Assembly (NCBI RefSeq): GCF_006345805.1
Contig: NC_043014.1
Span: 29,202,001 to 29,266,000, forward strand
DNA: 64,000 nucleotides
DNA from: Octopus sinensis
Taxonomy: Eukaryota
Direction: 5' to 3'
The notes below the pieces were generated by a model. That model made no database searches. It had not been told where the DNA came from and worked only from the letters and a program-made list of their open reading frames with translations. Of this stretch, positions 26,089-39,389 are shown one piece after another; within the stretch, counting starts at the first letter, position 1; every line of letters starts with the position of its first letter. A program made the position numbers and the translations under genes.

Positions 26089-28749
26089 CGTGCGTGTGCA
26101 TATGTTACTATCTAAATACATGTATATGTTATATAACATGTAAATCTGTATGTGTGCGTACTGCATGTATAGTCATCCAATTGGATGAACGTTTTTGAGA
26201 AGCATTGAAAGAAGTATTGAAAGTTTCTACTGGAGTGTGAACGGTCGGTTGCTTGACTGATGAATGCATTGCTCGGCTGATAAGACATGTTGTCAACGAA
26301 ATTAACTACTTACGATGCGAACTAAAGTTCTTTTGATAAGATATTATAATGCGGCAAAGTCAGAATTATCATAGACAGTCTTAAAATGTCAAAAACATTC
26401 TTCAGACAATCATACAAAATATATAAGGAGTGTTAACTTGTTGACTGTTACAGAGACGATGACCGGTTTGAAGAGTTATAAGGTTGGTCGGCAAGGTGTG
26501 ATATATGTATGAACCGGGATCAAATATCATTTTCAGTTATAAACTCGTATCAATTGGCCATAATTGTCCGTTGTTTTTTTTACTCTATAATGTTTTTAGC
26601 TATGTTTTATTTGTATTCTTTGTGCAAAACTTTGAAGCTAATGCAAGGCCTAAAGATACGCAATAAATCGAACAGTTGTATTATGCCATGGTTTCCCAGT
26701 TTTGAATATATGCCTCCACCATTATTGTAGATAATAATCAGTTATTTTTTAAACAAATAATGATGGAAAACCCCGATGGAACAAAACAATGTCCCAAAAC
26801 GGCGGCAGGGAGTGAGTTAAATGAAGTGTGAAAATAAAGGAAAACTGCAATAACAAAACTGACGATGAAATGGAATAACATAAAATATATGTATAGATCC
26901 AAAAAGAGGGACATCTCTCCAGGATCAGTTTGGGAACCCAATCGGTTCCGGTTTAATCTGACCACCAATTCAGAGTAAGCCCATCCATGGTGCTCGTTAC
27001 CCTCAAACATTCTTCTGCAAATTTCTCTGCTTTCACTATCATTATTTTCTTCAGGTTTTACTTGAAATTGAAGCGAACTTAATTGGTGAACCTCCTCCGT
27101 ATTGACAAGTAATTTCAGAGAAACATTAAGATGTCCTTTCAGTTTGAGAAATCCAAGGTTGTATAGTACAGCGAGGCAAACTGGCGAAACAGGAAGATTA
27201 TTTGGAACTCTAGTCAGAGGACATTATAGAAGAGCTGAATAATTCTGCTTTTACAAATACGTGGGTAAAAATAAGAATAAAGCCCACGAATGAGAATGAC
27301 AAATAACTGCTTGATGGAGTTTGAATACATTGTTTCCATTAATATATTTTCATGTTTTTTTAGCATTGGAATGGAACATAATAAATCTAAATCTTATGGA
27401 AATCTGATAATAAAATAATACGTAATAAACATTAATTCTGATACGCAATGGCGACTGTACATTCACAGAAACAAAGGGGGAAGTAGAGAATTGAGCATCA
27501 GGTTAATAAAGTCGTTATGAAGGTTTTTCCACAATCTTTTCAATTCTGATGGAGGCATGTATCATACTTGTCTTGATTAGGATTTTGCACACGATATACA
27601 CGATAGCAAATGTATGATATCCGCAGGAACATAATTCTTATCAAAAAAATTGGATTAGATTTCAAACAACCCAAGTCTTAACCTAAAGCAGCAGCAAAAA
27701 TACTGACGACATACAAATCAACCATCGTCCAATCAGGAACGCATTCCTTTACAAGGCCACTTTTGCCAATCAACTGGATGTCTCGTACATAAACAAATAA
27801 ACTAATAAATAAATAACTCGGATCTGGATAAAGATATCCAGCCAAAAAACAGAAGCAGCAATATTCGCGATATAGGACCAGCCATCACCACTAGATATAT
27901 TAAAATATAACTACATAACTAATACGATGAAATGAACTTGTATGGTGTATTTTCTTAGATAAGACACCTGATTGTGTCAGGATGGTCTGCACAAAGCTAA
28001 ATCAAAATATATTTGTAGAATAAAGCGAGTTTACTCTACATAAGATTAGCAAAGTTTAACTACTTCAAGATAAAAGCTGGCTGATACTTGTATGACCATC
28101 TGCCTGAAAGTTCAGAACGTAGACAGATCACAAAATAATACTTAATATCCATGACAAAACTGAAGCTACTCTGCCAATGATCAAATTACTGTAATATTGT
28201 GTAGGAATTTGCTGATAAGCTAAAGATTATAGAATTTTAGCCATTCAACAAAAAGCTTTGTGATGGATAAGGAATGTGTTTCATTTGGAATTGGTACAAT
28301 TGAAATGATACACAACCACTTCTATAAAGATATTATCAGATGATCTTTAAGAATATATATAACATTTGTAAAATTTGAACATGCCTTCGTATATACCTTC
28401 CAAGAAGAATCTTATTCTTTTTGATGAACTGAAACTCTTGGGTATATTTCTCAAATTATAAATGCTAAAGAAAATTAATAATGATATCTGTTTCTTACAT
28501 AGGCGAAAGGTCAAGACTTTGGTGAGATAGGTTAAGTCGATAAGACACCAGTACATAATATTGCTTTTATAGGAAGGGCACTTCTGTGAAGATTCCTTTT
28601 TTTTTTTTTAAAGATGGTTTCTTAGTTTATAGAATGGGGCTTTTGCTACTGCAATAGCTGTCATTGTTGATGCGGTTGTTATTGTTGCTGTTGCTGCTGT
28701 TGCTGCTGTTGCTGTTGTTATTGGTGGTGTTGATGTTGTCCTGTTGGTG

Positions 28750-29620
28750 TTGGCAAAAAGATTTTTCACTCCATTGTCAGAAAGTGAAATGCTTTCAGAT
28801 AATAGATCCTACCACATGAGTAGCACCTGGACCCCTTGTCCTCCAACACAACAGTTATCGGATCCACAATAAATGAGGTTGAGGATATGTAGTGTACTTT
28901 TAAGCATGAGGAGCATCTCTAACTCAATGTTCAGCGCCAACTTGTTACAGTGTGAGTTTGACCTCGTTTTCATGCTAACCAGGCTACACTAAGATCGTTA
29001 TGAAAGAGCTATAATTTATCTAGGTGACATGGTAATGAATGTCACACTAGCGAATCGCCATTCCATTTTAAACGACAGTAATAAATACATGTCAGAGATG
29101 CATGTGTATTTAGTTATTTTCTAAGCATCGTCTTCGTGTTGTCTCCCCTTTCTGAGAAGAAATCTAGAAGCGCATTCTTCATATATATTTCAGCCCGCTC
29201 TGGTGTGGCCTTTTAGTGTTTTCACACCTCCAATGATTAGAATTTGGGAATTTTTTTCCTCTCTCTGCCACTGGCAAAGCAAGAATGTCAGACCACAAAA
29301 TGCATTTACCTGAGTTCTTTATTTGAGAGTATATGCTCACATACTACATCGTTACTTTGGTGAACGAGGTTGTTTACGGAGATGATGATGGTGGGGATAT
29401 GTGAGTGTCGAACCCCTCTTTTTGAATTTGAAAGTTAGCGGCATCTGAGGTAACCTGTTCATAACCTTTAAGTTTATATGTTGAGAGGAACGATTTAAGA
29501 AAGTATTAGTGTTCTGCCTATCGCTTTAGTATCAGGGAAATATTCTGTCAATAAAGACGAACCATCACAGCTGAGAAAGGAGGCAGTCCTCGTTTCTTTA
29601 AGGTCAACGTATAAGCATGG
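28750..29620 (-). mobile_element. Possible very old LINE 5' region (ORF1/endonuclease-like relic)
   Basis: Microsatellite-free decayed coding-like sequence (IPKFLIIGGVKTLKGHTR; LSVAWLA*KRG); resemblance to Tx1 ORF1/APE is weak. Confidence 0.25.
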
Positions 29621-29867
29621 ATTGTTTTATAAGGGCTTTTAATTCCTTCTGTTTCTGACAGGTGATGCATTTCCCTTGCTCGTGGCTGAAAGCACTCATT
29701 TTTTATAGAGTGCAGTTTTTCTCTGTAATAGACAACATTTATTTGTTTATTTGTTTATTCATTCCCCAGTGTTTGCCAGAACCTTTGATCAATTGTTTTT
29801 TTTTGTTTTGTTTTGTTTTGTTTTTTCCTGATTAACAATTCTACTACTTCATCAATGTATTTACAGG

Positions 29868-30113
<246 letters not shown>

Positions 30114-30439
30114 TGTTTCTTTATTAGCCACACAGGGCTGCACACAGATAGAACAAATTACAAGGTAGAGCTTTTCTTTTGAAGGTATTAAAAAAAAAAA
30201 AAAAGGAAGGGGAGGTTCGATCAAAAGGGACGTAAAAGGAGAGAGAAAGAGGACAAAAATAAGGGGGGTTTAAAAAAAAAAAAAAGGGGGGGGGGGGAGA
30301 GGGAAAAAAAATGATCAATAGGATCGTTATCACAGAAATGTCAATATGAAGTGTAAAGGGGAGGACAGGTGAGGTTTTACCCGTGGAAAGAAAAGCCTGC
30401 GGAAAAAACCACGGTAACCTCGGTCAATGAAGTCACATT

Positions 30440-30473
<34 letters not shown>

Positions 30474-31643
30474 CAAATAAGCAACTCTCTGTTTTCGATT
30501 TCTGGGTCATCATAGGACTATGCTCAAGGTGGCTTCGTCATTCATACGTGCCATTCTTGCTACATTCACCCATCTTTTTTAAACATTCGCTAGACAAAAC
30601 TTGCCTCTCTACTCTCACTTTCCTTTTCAAGTGGTACTTGAAGAAGTTGATTAGAGATTGACCCAGAGAAAGTGTGTGTCTCCATCCTTTCAGACGCGTC
30701 CACCAACACATTCTTTCGCCATAGCCACAAGGATGATGAAAATAGCTCTTCCTTCCCGTTTGAAGGAAGGAGGCGTGACAATATTGACGATAGACTCAGC
30801 TGATAAACCGACTCGTCCCACACGTGACAGCAGTTGTTCGACATAAGCCCACAGGTCGGAAATTGTTGGACACTGAACGAGTGCGTGCAGAACGGTTTCG
30901 TCGCTCTGACCGCATCTCGGGCAGTCGGCCCGTGTTTCTCGAGCCGTGTCTGTAGAGCTTATCCCGAACGGGTAAGCGCTTCTCGTAGCACTGCCAGCCA
31001 GGGATCTCTGGAAGTTGCCATGGCCCTGGCCCGAAAGTCGTCCCGAACAGGCGGGTCAGGTACTCCTCGTCGACGTCCAGGTTCGCCCCGAGCTCGTCGT
31101 CGTACCTCCCTCCACTAAACCCCTATAGAATGCTTTGGTTGTGTTGAAGTCACTTAGGTCGACCCAGGACGGCAGAGTTGCTTGAGAGCAACGCGACACT
31201 CGCGTGCATTCGCCTTCGCGCCCTTCCTCCGCCCTCTTTTTGATCCACGACTTGCAGTTCGGTCATGGAGACGAGCTGCGGGAAAGCGTGCCGCCTCACA
31301 AACGGCGACCACACCTGTTCACCGTCGTCTACATAGAGCCAGAGATGTCGCAGTCTAGCGCGTGTCTGCGCATCATCAACACCCGAGGCATGCCCAGCCC
31401 TCCTTTTAAAACGGGTGTTGACAGCAAATGGATCGCCTGACCATCGGGACGCATCCTTTTCCACAAGAAGCGAAAGAGGATGCGTTGTAGTTTGGTGATG
31501 GTAGGGGTCGGGACAAGGTACGACGGTCAGCGGTAGTAGATGACGGACGCGATGTACGTGTTCGCCACCTCCGCTCGACATTTTAGGGACAGTTTCCTCC
31601 CCTCTCGGCCCCATGCCGGGCGAGAGTGACCACCCTACTCTCG
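30114..31643 (-). mobile_element. 5'-truncated Tx1/L1-clade LINE: ORF2 C-terminus (zf-RVT) plus 3'UTR, flanked by (GATA)n on both sides
   Basis: With frameshifts: RKLSLKCRAEVANTYIASVIYYRLTVVPCP; LFRFLWK; GGLGMP; WQCYEKRLPVRDKLYRHG; DCPRCGQSDETVLHALVQCP. AATAAA (minus strand, 30120-30125) lies just before the (TATC)n tract. Confidence 0.92.
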
Positions 31644-31800
31644 TTAGATAGATAGATTGATAGATAGATAGATAGAGAGAAATTTAGATATATATAGATA
31701 GATAATAAATAGATATATAGATAGATAATAGATAGATAGATGATAGATAGATAGATAGATAGATAGAATTTAGATATTAGATATAGATAGATAGATAAGA

Positions 31801-31831
<31 letters not shown>

Positions 31832-31884
31832 GATAGATAGATAGATATATAGATAGATAGATAGATAGATAGACAGACACACAT

Positions 31885-31921
<37 letters not shown>

Positions 31922-31940
31922 TAGATAGATAGATAGATAA
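31644..31940. repeat. (GATA)n/(GACA)n microsatellite
   Basis: Directly visible. Confidence 0.98.
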
Positions 31941-32231
31941 AGTACAATTCCCGCATCGTGTTGAAGAATAAACAAACTGACTGCATATCACAAGACTAAG
32001 GAATTTTTGTATAAAAATGGTACACGTTACATTATTCAAGAACGTCGTGCAGTGCATTAGTAATAACTCATATACGCATACACACACCCATGTGTGTATA
32101 TATGTATGTATGTGTGTATGTGTGTGTGTATGTGTCCCCGTGTGTATGTGTGCATATATGTAGGTGCTCCAGCATGGCCGCAGTCAAATAACTGAAACAA
32201 GTAAAAAATTAAAAACTAAGGGAATCTAAGA

Positions 32232-32292
<61 letters not shown>

Positions 32293-32483
32293 TGTGTATG
32301 TATAAGTGTATATATATACATATATACATATATATATATATCTTTACATACATACACACACACACACACACATACACATATATATATATATATACGTATG
32401 TAGATATGTATGAAAGTATGTATGATCCTTATATGCACGTACATATATACATATGTATGCATGTATGTGTGTGTATATATAAA

Positions 32484-32800
32484 GGGGCACTCCGTCGGTT
32501 ACGACGACGAGGGTCCCAGTTGATACGATCAACGGAACAGCTTGCTCGTGAAATTAACGTGCAAGTGGCTGAGCACTCCACAAACACGTGTACCCTTAAC
32601 GTAGTTCGCAAGGAGATACAGCGTCATACAGAGTGTGACAAGGCCGGCCCTCTTTTGAAATACAGGTGCCACTCATTTTTGCCAGCTGGAGCAACTTGAA
32701 ATAAAGAGTCTAGCTCAAAGAAACAACGCGTCGCCGGGAATCGAACTCACAGACTTACGATCATGAGCCGAATGTCCTAACCACTAAGCCACGCGCCCTC
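32484..32800 (-). mobile_element. tRNA-derived SINE family C, full length
   Basis: Head GGCGCGTGGCTTAGTGG (A box)...GAGTTCGATTCCC (B box); homologous to 47061-47380. Confidence 0.92.
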
Positions 32801-32937
32801 ATTGTGTGTGTGTGTGTATGTGTGTGTGTGTGTGTGTGTGGTGTGTGTGTGTGTGTTGTGTGTGTGTGTATACATATATATGCGGAACGCACGCATCCAT
32901 TTCTAAGTAAGATTGTTCTTGACATACATATATTTAT

Positions 32938-33061
32938 ATATACTTTATTTAAGGCAGCAGAAAATTCAACAAAACCTGTTACTCTGAGTTTCACGTTCCC
33001 GTTCGTGAAACTCAGAGTAACAGGTTTTGTTGAATTTTCTACTGCTTTAAATAAAGCATAT
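32938..33061. repeat. Inverted repeat, 58-bp arms (3 mismatches), 8-nt loop, within a Penelope-like terminal repeat
   Basis: 32938-32995 versus 33004-33061; a third diverged direct copy of the arm lies at about 33159-33205. Confidence 0.95.
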
Positions 33062-33398
33062 TACTATACCACTGGTATTTGAGTACTCTTTTTTCCACCT
33101 TGTTTCACATTTATGTGTTTACTCCGGTATATTTATATATATACATATGTATATATATGTACTTTATTTAAAAGCAGCAGAAATATAACAAATGCTGTAA
33201 CTCAGAGTTTCACGTATATATGTTTACAAGTGTATGTATATTTATCACAATACACAAATATAAATATAGATGTGTATATGTACATCTACATCTGTATTTC
33301 TCTGTGTACAGCACTGTACAAAAATTTGTGTGTATGGTTGCGTGCGCGCGGTTGCATGTATGTGTGTCTGAGAGAGAGGGAGAGAGAGAGAGAGTTAG

Positions 33399-33429
<31 letters not shown>

Positions 33430-33599
33430 GAAAGAGAAAGAGAGAGACAGGGAGAGCGTGCGAGTGTAATGTAAATGCACTGTTTGAACTTTGGTGCCAG
33501 GATCTGAAAGCACGTACGCATTCCCATCCCTCTACACACACGGTCCCAGACTACTGTGGTGTCAATAAGATGCCAAATGTCTGTACAGACTGGGTTATG

Positions 33600-34700
33600 A
33601 TCGTGAGATGTGGTGGTGACGGTGATAATGGTGGTGCTCCTGGTGATGTTGGTGGTGGTGGTAATGGTAGTGGTGCTGGTGATGTTGGTGGTGCTGGTGG
33701 TGCTGGTGGTGGTAGCTGTGCTAGTATTAGAAGCATCGGTGTCGATTTTTTTTTTGCAGTGTAGTTGTATTACTGTTGCAGATTTGGTTCTAGTGTTGTT
33801 GTCTGTAGTATTTGTGGTGACGGTGTTGTTGTTGTTGTTGTTTTGTTGTAGTGGTGGTGGTGGTGGTGGTGGTGGTGGTGGTGGTGGTGACGGTGATGGT
33901 GACGGTGGTGGTGGTTGCGGTGGTGGTGGTGGTGGTGGTGGTTTTGGTGGTGGAGGTGGTGGTGGTGGTAGTAGTGGTGGTGGTGGTGGTGGTTTTGGTG
34001 GTGGCGGTGCTGGTTTTGGTGGTGGTGGTGCTGGTGCTGGTGGTAGTGGTGGTAGTGGTAGTGGAGGTGCTGGTGCTGGTGGTACTGGTGCTGGTGGTGG
34101 TAATGATGCTGGTGGTAGTGGTGGTGCTGGTGGTGCTGGTGGTGCTGGTGCTGCTGGTGGTGGTGGTAGTGGTGGTTGTGGTGGTGGTAGTAGTGGTGGT
34201 GGTGGTGGTGGTGGTGGTGGTAGAGGTGGTGGTGGTGGGGGGAGGACAGCTACCATTGCTAGTGTTTGTGATGGTGGTGGTTGGTTATAGTGGCGTTAAC
34301 AATAGGGTTTGGTGGTGGTGGTGGTGGTTTTGCTGCTGCTGCTGCTGGCTGAAGATATGTTTGTGGTTGTGGTTGTGGTTGTGGTGGTATTTTTGATTGT
34401 GGTTTTACCTGTGGTTTTGGTGTTAGCCTTAAGTCTTAGCAATCAATAGTGGTTGTAACTGAGGCGTTACTGTTAGTAACAGGGATTACGTTTTTGGCTA
34501 TATCTGTGCTGTTGGTTGAGGATGATTGTCATTTGTAGTTACGTTACTGGTATTTATGGTGGTGGGTATATTTGAGATTGTGGTTATGTTTGTGGTGTTT
34601 GTGTTGGTGTCTGTGGTTGCGATTGAAGCCGTGATGATGTTGTTGCATTGGTGCTTGTAATTATGGGAGTGATTGCTGTAGTTTTTGCGGTTGTGGTTGA
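33600..34700. repeat. (GGT)n-based low-complexity tract
   Basis: Directly visible; the poly-Gly/Val/Pro ORFs are artefacts. Confidence 0.95.
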
Positions 34701-34867
34701 GGAAAGGAACCTGGAATGGACAAGTTAAGCAGAGTGCAGTGGAGAGAAGATCTGTGAAGAACATTAGGGATCTGGGATGAACGCAAGAATACGGAAAGGA
34801 AGAAAGAAAAAAAGAAAGAAAGAAAGAAAGAAAGAAAGAAAAAAAAGAACGTCATATATACTATTTT

Positions 34868-35090
34868 ACTCTTTTATTTGTTTCAGTCAGTTGACTGCAG
34901 CCATGCTGGAGCACAGTCTTTAGTCGAGAAAATCGACCCCCAGGACTTATTCTTTGTAAGTCTAGTACTTATTCCATCGGCCTTTTATGTCGAACCGCTA
35001 AGTTAGGGGGACGTAAACACACCAGCATCGGTTGTCAAGCGATGTTGGGGGTGGGTAAATACAGACACACAAACACACACACACACACAC

Positions 35091-35126
<36 letters not shown>

Positions 35127-35314
35127 CATACATACATATACATATATACGACAGGCTTCTTTCAGTTTCCGTCTACCAAATCCACTCACAAGGCTTTGGT
35201 CGGCCTGAGGCTATAGCAGAAGACACTTGCCTTGCCCAAGTTGCCACGCAGTGGGATTGAACTCGGAACCATGTGGTTGGTAAGCAAGCTACTTACCACG
35301 CAGCCACTCCTGCG
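34868..35314 (-). mobile_element. SINE family A, full length
   Basis: Complete head-body-tail; contains a 5-bp CTTGC duplication at about 35226-35235. Confidence 0.92.
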
Positions 35315-35526
35315 ACATATAAACATACATACTTGCATACATAGATATATACAAACAGACAGACAGGCAGACAAATAGACAGACATGCATACATACAAAC
35401 ATGGATTCAGACAGACACACAGACAGGCAGACATGGATATACATATAGACATGCAAATCGCATACATACATGCATGCATCCATCCATACATACATATATA
35501 CATACATAATATATATATATATATAT

Positions 35527-35916
35527 ACTAGCAGTATCGCCCGGCGTTGCTCGGGTTTGTAAGGGAAATAACTATATAAGCAGTTTTAGAGAGTTATAGC
35601 CAAAAAATAGCAAAAAAATGCATTAAAAATTGAAAAAAAATTAAGGTATTTTTTTTTTAAATCGTTGACACATCGTAGATATTTTTAGAGAGTTACTTCC
35701 CTTATATAATAACGAAAATATGCATTAAAATGGAAAAATTGATGGTAAATTTTTTTAATCGTAGACTCATCGTAGACGCGCGCTAATACCCAGAAGGGCT
35801 CGATATGAATCACGACTATAAGATACCCGCTTTTGGTTAACTACACCGCAAATGTGGGAGTAGTTACGATCTAAATCGTAGGAGACAGACACACAACTTC
35901 ACTCTATATATAAAGA
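35527..35916 (-). mobile_element. Non-autonomous Helentron-type element (HINE/DINE-1-like)
   Basis: 3' end GCAACGCCGGGCGATACTGCTAGT and 5' CTTTATATATAGAGTGAAGTTGTGTGTCTGTCT; termini shared with the 43771 and 61546 copies. Confidence 0.75.
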
Positions 35917-36023
35917 TATAAGCCACGTAGTTATATACACATACTTTTTATATACACATTCTTAAAAGAAAATGTATTTTTGAACACAACAATTACAAAG
36001 AATAAAATATTTTTTGGTTTTTC

Positions 36024-36420
36024 TTAACCTTTCGTTACTATATTTCTGGACCAAAATACACCCCTTATGTGTTCAATTAATTTCTAACGTATCATAAATT
36101 TAGTCTGGTTCATTAAACAACTATAACTTTTTTATTTATGAATACATTAATCTGATTTTTGGAAGATAATTAGTGAATGTTCTCAACCAATTCTATACTA
36201 TAATTTTTGTCACAAAGTGACTCTAATTGCAGGTAGATACAGGTAAATTTTGTTCAACATCGCTATAGAAAATGGGTTATTAGCTAATATTCATTGGGTA
36301 TACAAACAAAATTTTACGATAGAATTTGTTATTCTGGGTAACTTTCTAATACCCATAATAATATTTAATGGCTAAATAGGCCTTAATTTCATTTAAGGTT
36401 GTGGGAAATAACAAACTATC
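36024..36420 (+). mobile_element. Possible piggyBac-like MITE
   Basis: Begins TTAACCTTTCGTTACT; the 3' terminus was not identified. Confidence 0.3.
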
Positions 36421-37156
36421 GTTTCTTTCGCTTTGTTTAGGTTGAGATCAAATACCACATGCTTTTTTTTTTCAGTCATAGAGTTAGATTTATGAAGGTC
36501 TTCAGTAGAAAATCCTTCGAATTCTGACTCGCTGCTTGATATAATGAAATTCGTATCCATTTTTTGTCAGAATTACAAATTTTGAAAACACAATAGGACA
36601 AATTTCGGAAAAAAATCTCCCATAATTCACGGAATTAAATTTACACCTCGATTTTTGTACAAAAACTGTAGTTGAACTGTTTACGAAGTATAATACGTGT
36701 TTTCACGAATGTTCTAAAGAGATTTACTCTGATATTCTCATTTAAATATGAATAGGTAATTCGGGCGGCTTGGTCACATTAACTAAAATTTTTTTTTCGG
36801 GCGTTTTGGTGCAATTATATATACATATCTATATATAATATCTCTTATTATAAAAGGCATTATATAATAAAATATATACAGAGTAAATAAAAAAACCATT
36901 TACCTTTCTGTATTGTTATTCGACCGTCCGTGTGTCTTTGCAAATGTGTTGGAATGATAAGTGAGTTGGGTTTTTGCGCCTTTTTTACTAATAACAAACA
37001 CACACGTGTTTGTATGTAGTTGTTTGAAACGTTTTTGTTTGCCACCTCGCATATATGTATGTGTATGCGTGTGTGTGAGGATGACACACACACACTCACG
37101 CACGCACACATGTACATCAATGCTTTTATGAGCGTCATAGAGAGAAACAAATATTA

Positions 37157-37233
37157 CATCGCCATCGCCATAGCCATCGCCATCGCCATAGCCATCGCCA
37201 TCGCCATAGCCATCGCCATAGCCATCGCCATCG
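37157..37233. repeat. (CATCGC/CATAGC)n hexamer repeat
   Basis: About 13 hexamers, partly arranged in an 18-bp higher-order unit. Confidence 0.95.
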
Positions 37234-37580
37234 CATTCTATTTTCTACCTGTCAAACACACAGTGAATTAGTTCAGTTTATTCATTGCACACTGTGTGTG
37301 TGTGCGTTTGCGTGTGGTGTAAACCAGACTAAGAAAAGCATTGACACACACACCAGAATGTGAGTTTTCTGTAAATTTTGCTTAATTGGAGTTTAAATTT
37401 TAAAAACTGGACCTGGCATGACGCGATGCATTGTACTCTCAAAAATGCTAGGTAAATTGTAATTGAAGAAATCCTATATTGTAGATTTGTATAACTCCCA
37501 AAGGGAGGCAGATAAATCTTCCTTTTATAATAAGATATATATATATACATATATAATATATATATACTATATATATATAT

Positions 37581-37617
<37 letters not shown>

Positions 37618-38159
37618 TATATATATATGCATACATGTATCTGTGTCACTTTGCCAATAAAAATGGCACTTGTTCGATTTCACTTCTTTTAAATAACCAG
37701 TTACTTAATCGATTACTTACCTTTTAATCACTTGTTTTTGTTTGAGCTTTTAATCACTTGTTTTTGTTTTTGTTTTTGTTTTGTTTTTGTTTTCTCATAT
37801 TGCTTTCGCAACCATACACGAACACATTAATGATGTGTTTCCGTTGTTCCGCGTCTGACACGCTGTATCCAGTCTTGATCTACTGAGTTTTGTTATTGTA
37901 CATAATCACAAAAGAGGGAACAACATGGACAGGTCATAGATGCGATTGCGAATAACGACAAGAGCTTTCCAACAATCCAACTGGTTAATTGATTGATCAA
38001 ACGAGTAGTCTAGCAATCGATAAATTAATTGAATCATTAGACGGCAAATAATATCAAAAAGAACTGAAATAGAACCAGTGTTTGTTATTTTTGGCAATAT
38101 GATCCTTCCATGATGCAGAATCTGTTTCAACACACGATTTCATATCAAAAATACTCGAA

Positions 38160-38435
38160 AGCTGTGTTTCTGAACCATTTATTATTATTTTTGTTTATTT
38201 GTTTGCCTGTGGATCCCTTTCATTCCTTTTTTACTCTGCGGGACCCTAATAAAGATTCGATATTTGAAAAAAAATTCCATTATATTTTTATCATTAAATA
38301 TTATTAGGAATTGTATGAAAAAAATTGTTGAAGCATTTTATGTGTTGTAAAAGTAGGACCAATTTATTGCACATAGATTTAAACAACAAAGACTTATGTG
38401 GTCCCAAGGGTCATGTGGATCTCGGATGAGAACCA
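38160..38435 (-). mobile_element. Older hAT (Charlie-like) MITE related to 60671-60897
   Basis: AAGGGTCATGTGGATC..TGAGAACCAC is the reverse complement of the 5' end of the 60.7 kb MITE. Confidence 0.6.
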
Positions 38436-38448
38436 CAAAAGGATATGA

Positions 38449-38494
<46 letters not shown>

Positions 38495-39389
38495 GTCTGA
38501 GAATGTAAGTCTATGCGTGTATAAATCTGTACGTGTGTGTGTGTGCGTGTGTATGTGCGTGCGTGTGTGAGTGTGTGAGTGTGTGTGTGCGTGCGTGTGT
38601 GTGTGTGTGTGTGTGTGGCGTGTGTGTGTGTGCTGCAGTATGGATGCAATATTTTATTGTCTTTGATTTTGAAGGTTTTGACTACCATGTTGATTATGTA
38701 AAAAGCAACTTATCAATCAATAATATATTGCCTTTTAAATACAACTCGTGTACAACTAGATACAATTCATGTACAAGAAAATGTATGCTATATAGTATTG
38801 CATGGCTTAAATCAATATAATCCACATGGAATATTTGTAAAACAGTAACAAAGTTGTAAAAGTAAAAAAAAAATATCAAATGAAGTTTGTCTCAAAAAGT
38901 TACTCAATTTTCTCGCCTGCTTTACAATACTCACTTATACTCATATACTCGTGTGTACATACATATATACATTCATTCATTTATAAATACGTGCAAGAAG
39001 GAAGTCGACACGTGAGCGAGTAATACCACTTCTTAGAATCAAGAAGTTATTGTTCTTGAATCTTTGTTTTTATTGACTGGGTAAAGCATTGCACAACACT
39101 GAACTCAAATGGACGCCCGACGGATTGGTCGGTCAAGGTGATCAAGGTGATATACATATATACATGCATAAATGTATACACACACACAGGCACACATACA
39201 AACACGCATGCACGCACAGACACACACACAGATATATAAGAAATTAAAATGACAAGGGAATAAGAAATGCCATGAACGTCGTTAGCTCACACCTGGTCAT
39301 GTTATAAGACTCAAAACACACATAGTCGAGTCCTTGTGTGAAAAACCTATAGTTCCGTTGGAGCTTCAATTTATATATATATATTTATA

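Noticed and set aside
31150-31614. 154-aa ORF with RFKRR/RARRR sites suggesting a TGF-beta or neuropeptide precursor
   Set aside because: It is a mosaic of frames of a frameshifted Tx1 ORF2; the basic motifs come from off-frame segments
33210-34396. 348-aa poly-Pro and 226-aa poly-Gly ORFs
   Set aside because: Artefacts of the (GGT)n tract
36270-36480. Possible Penelope RT relic
   Set aside because: Only vague similarity (GLLANIH; YRFFRFV), too decayed to support a call
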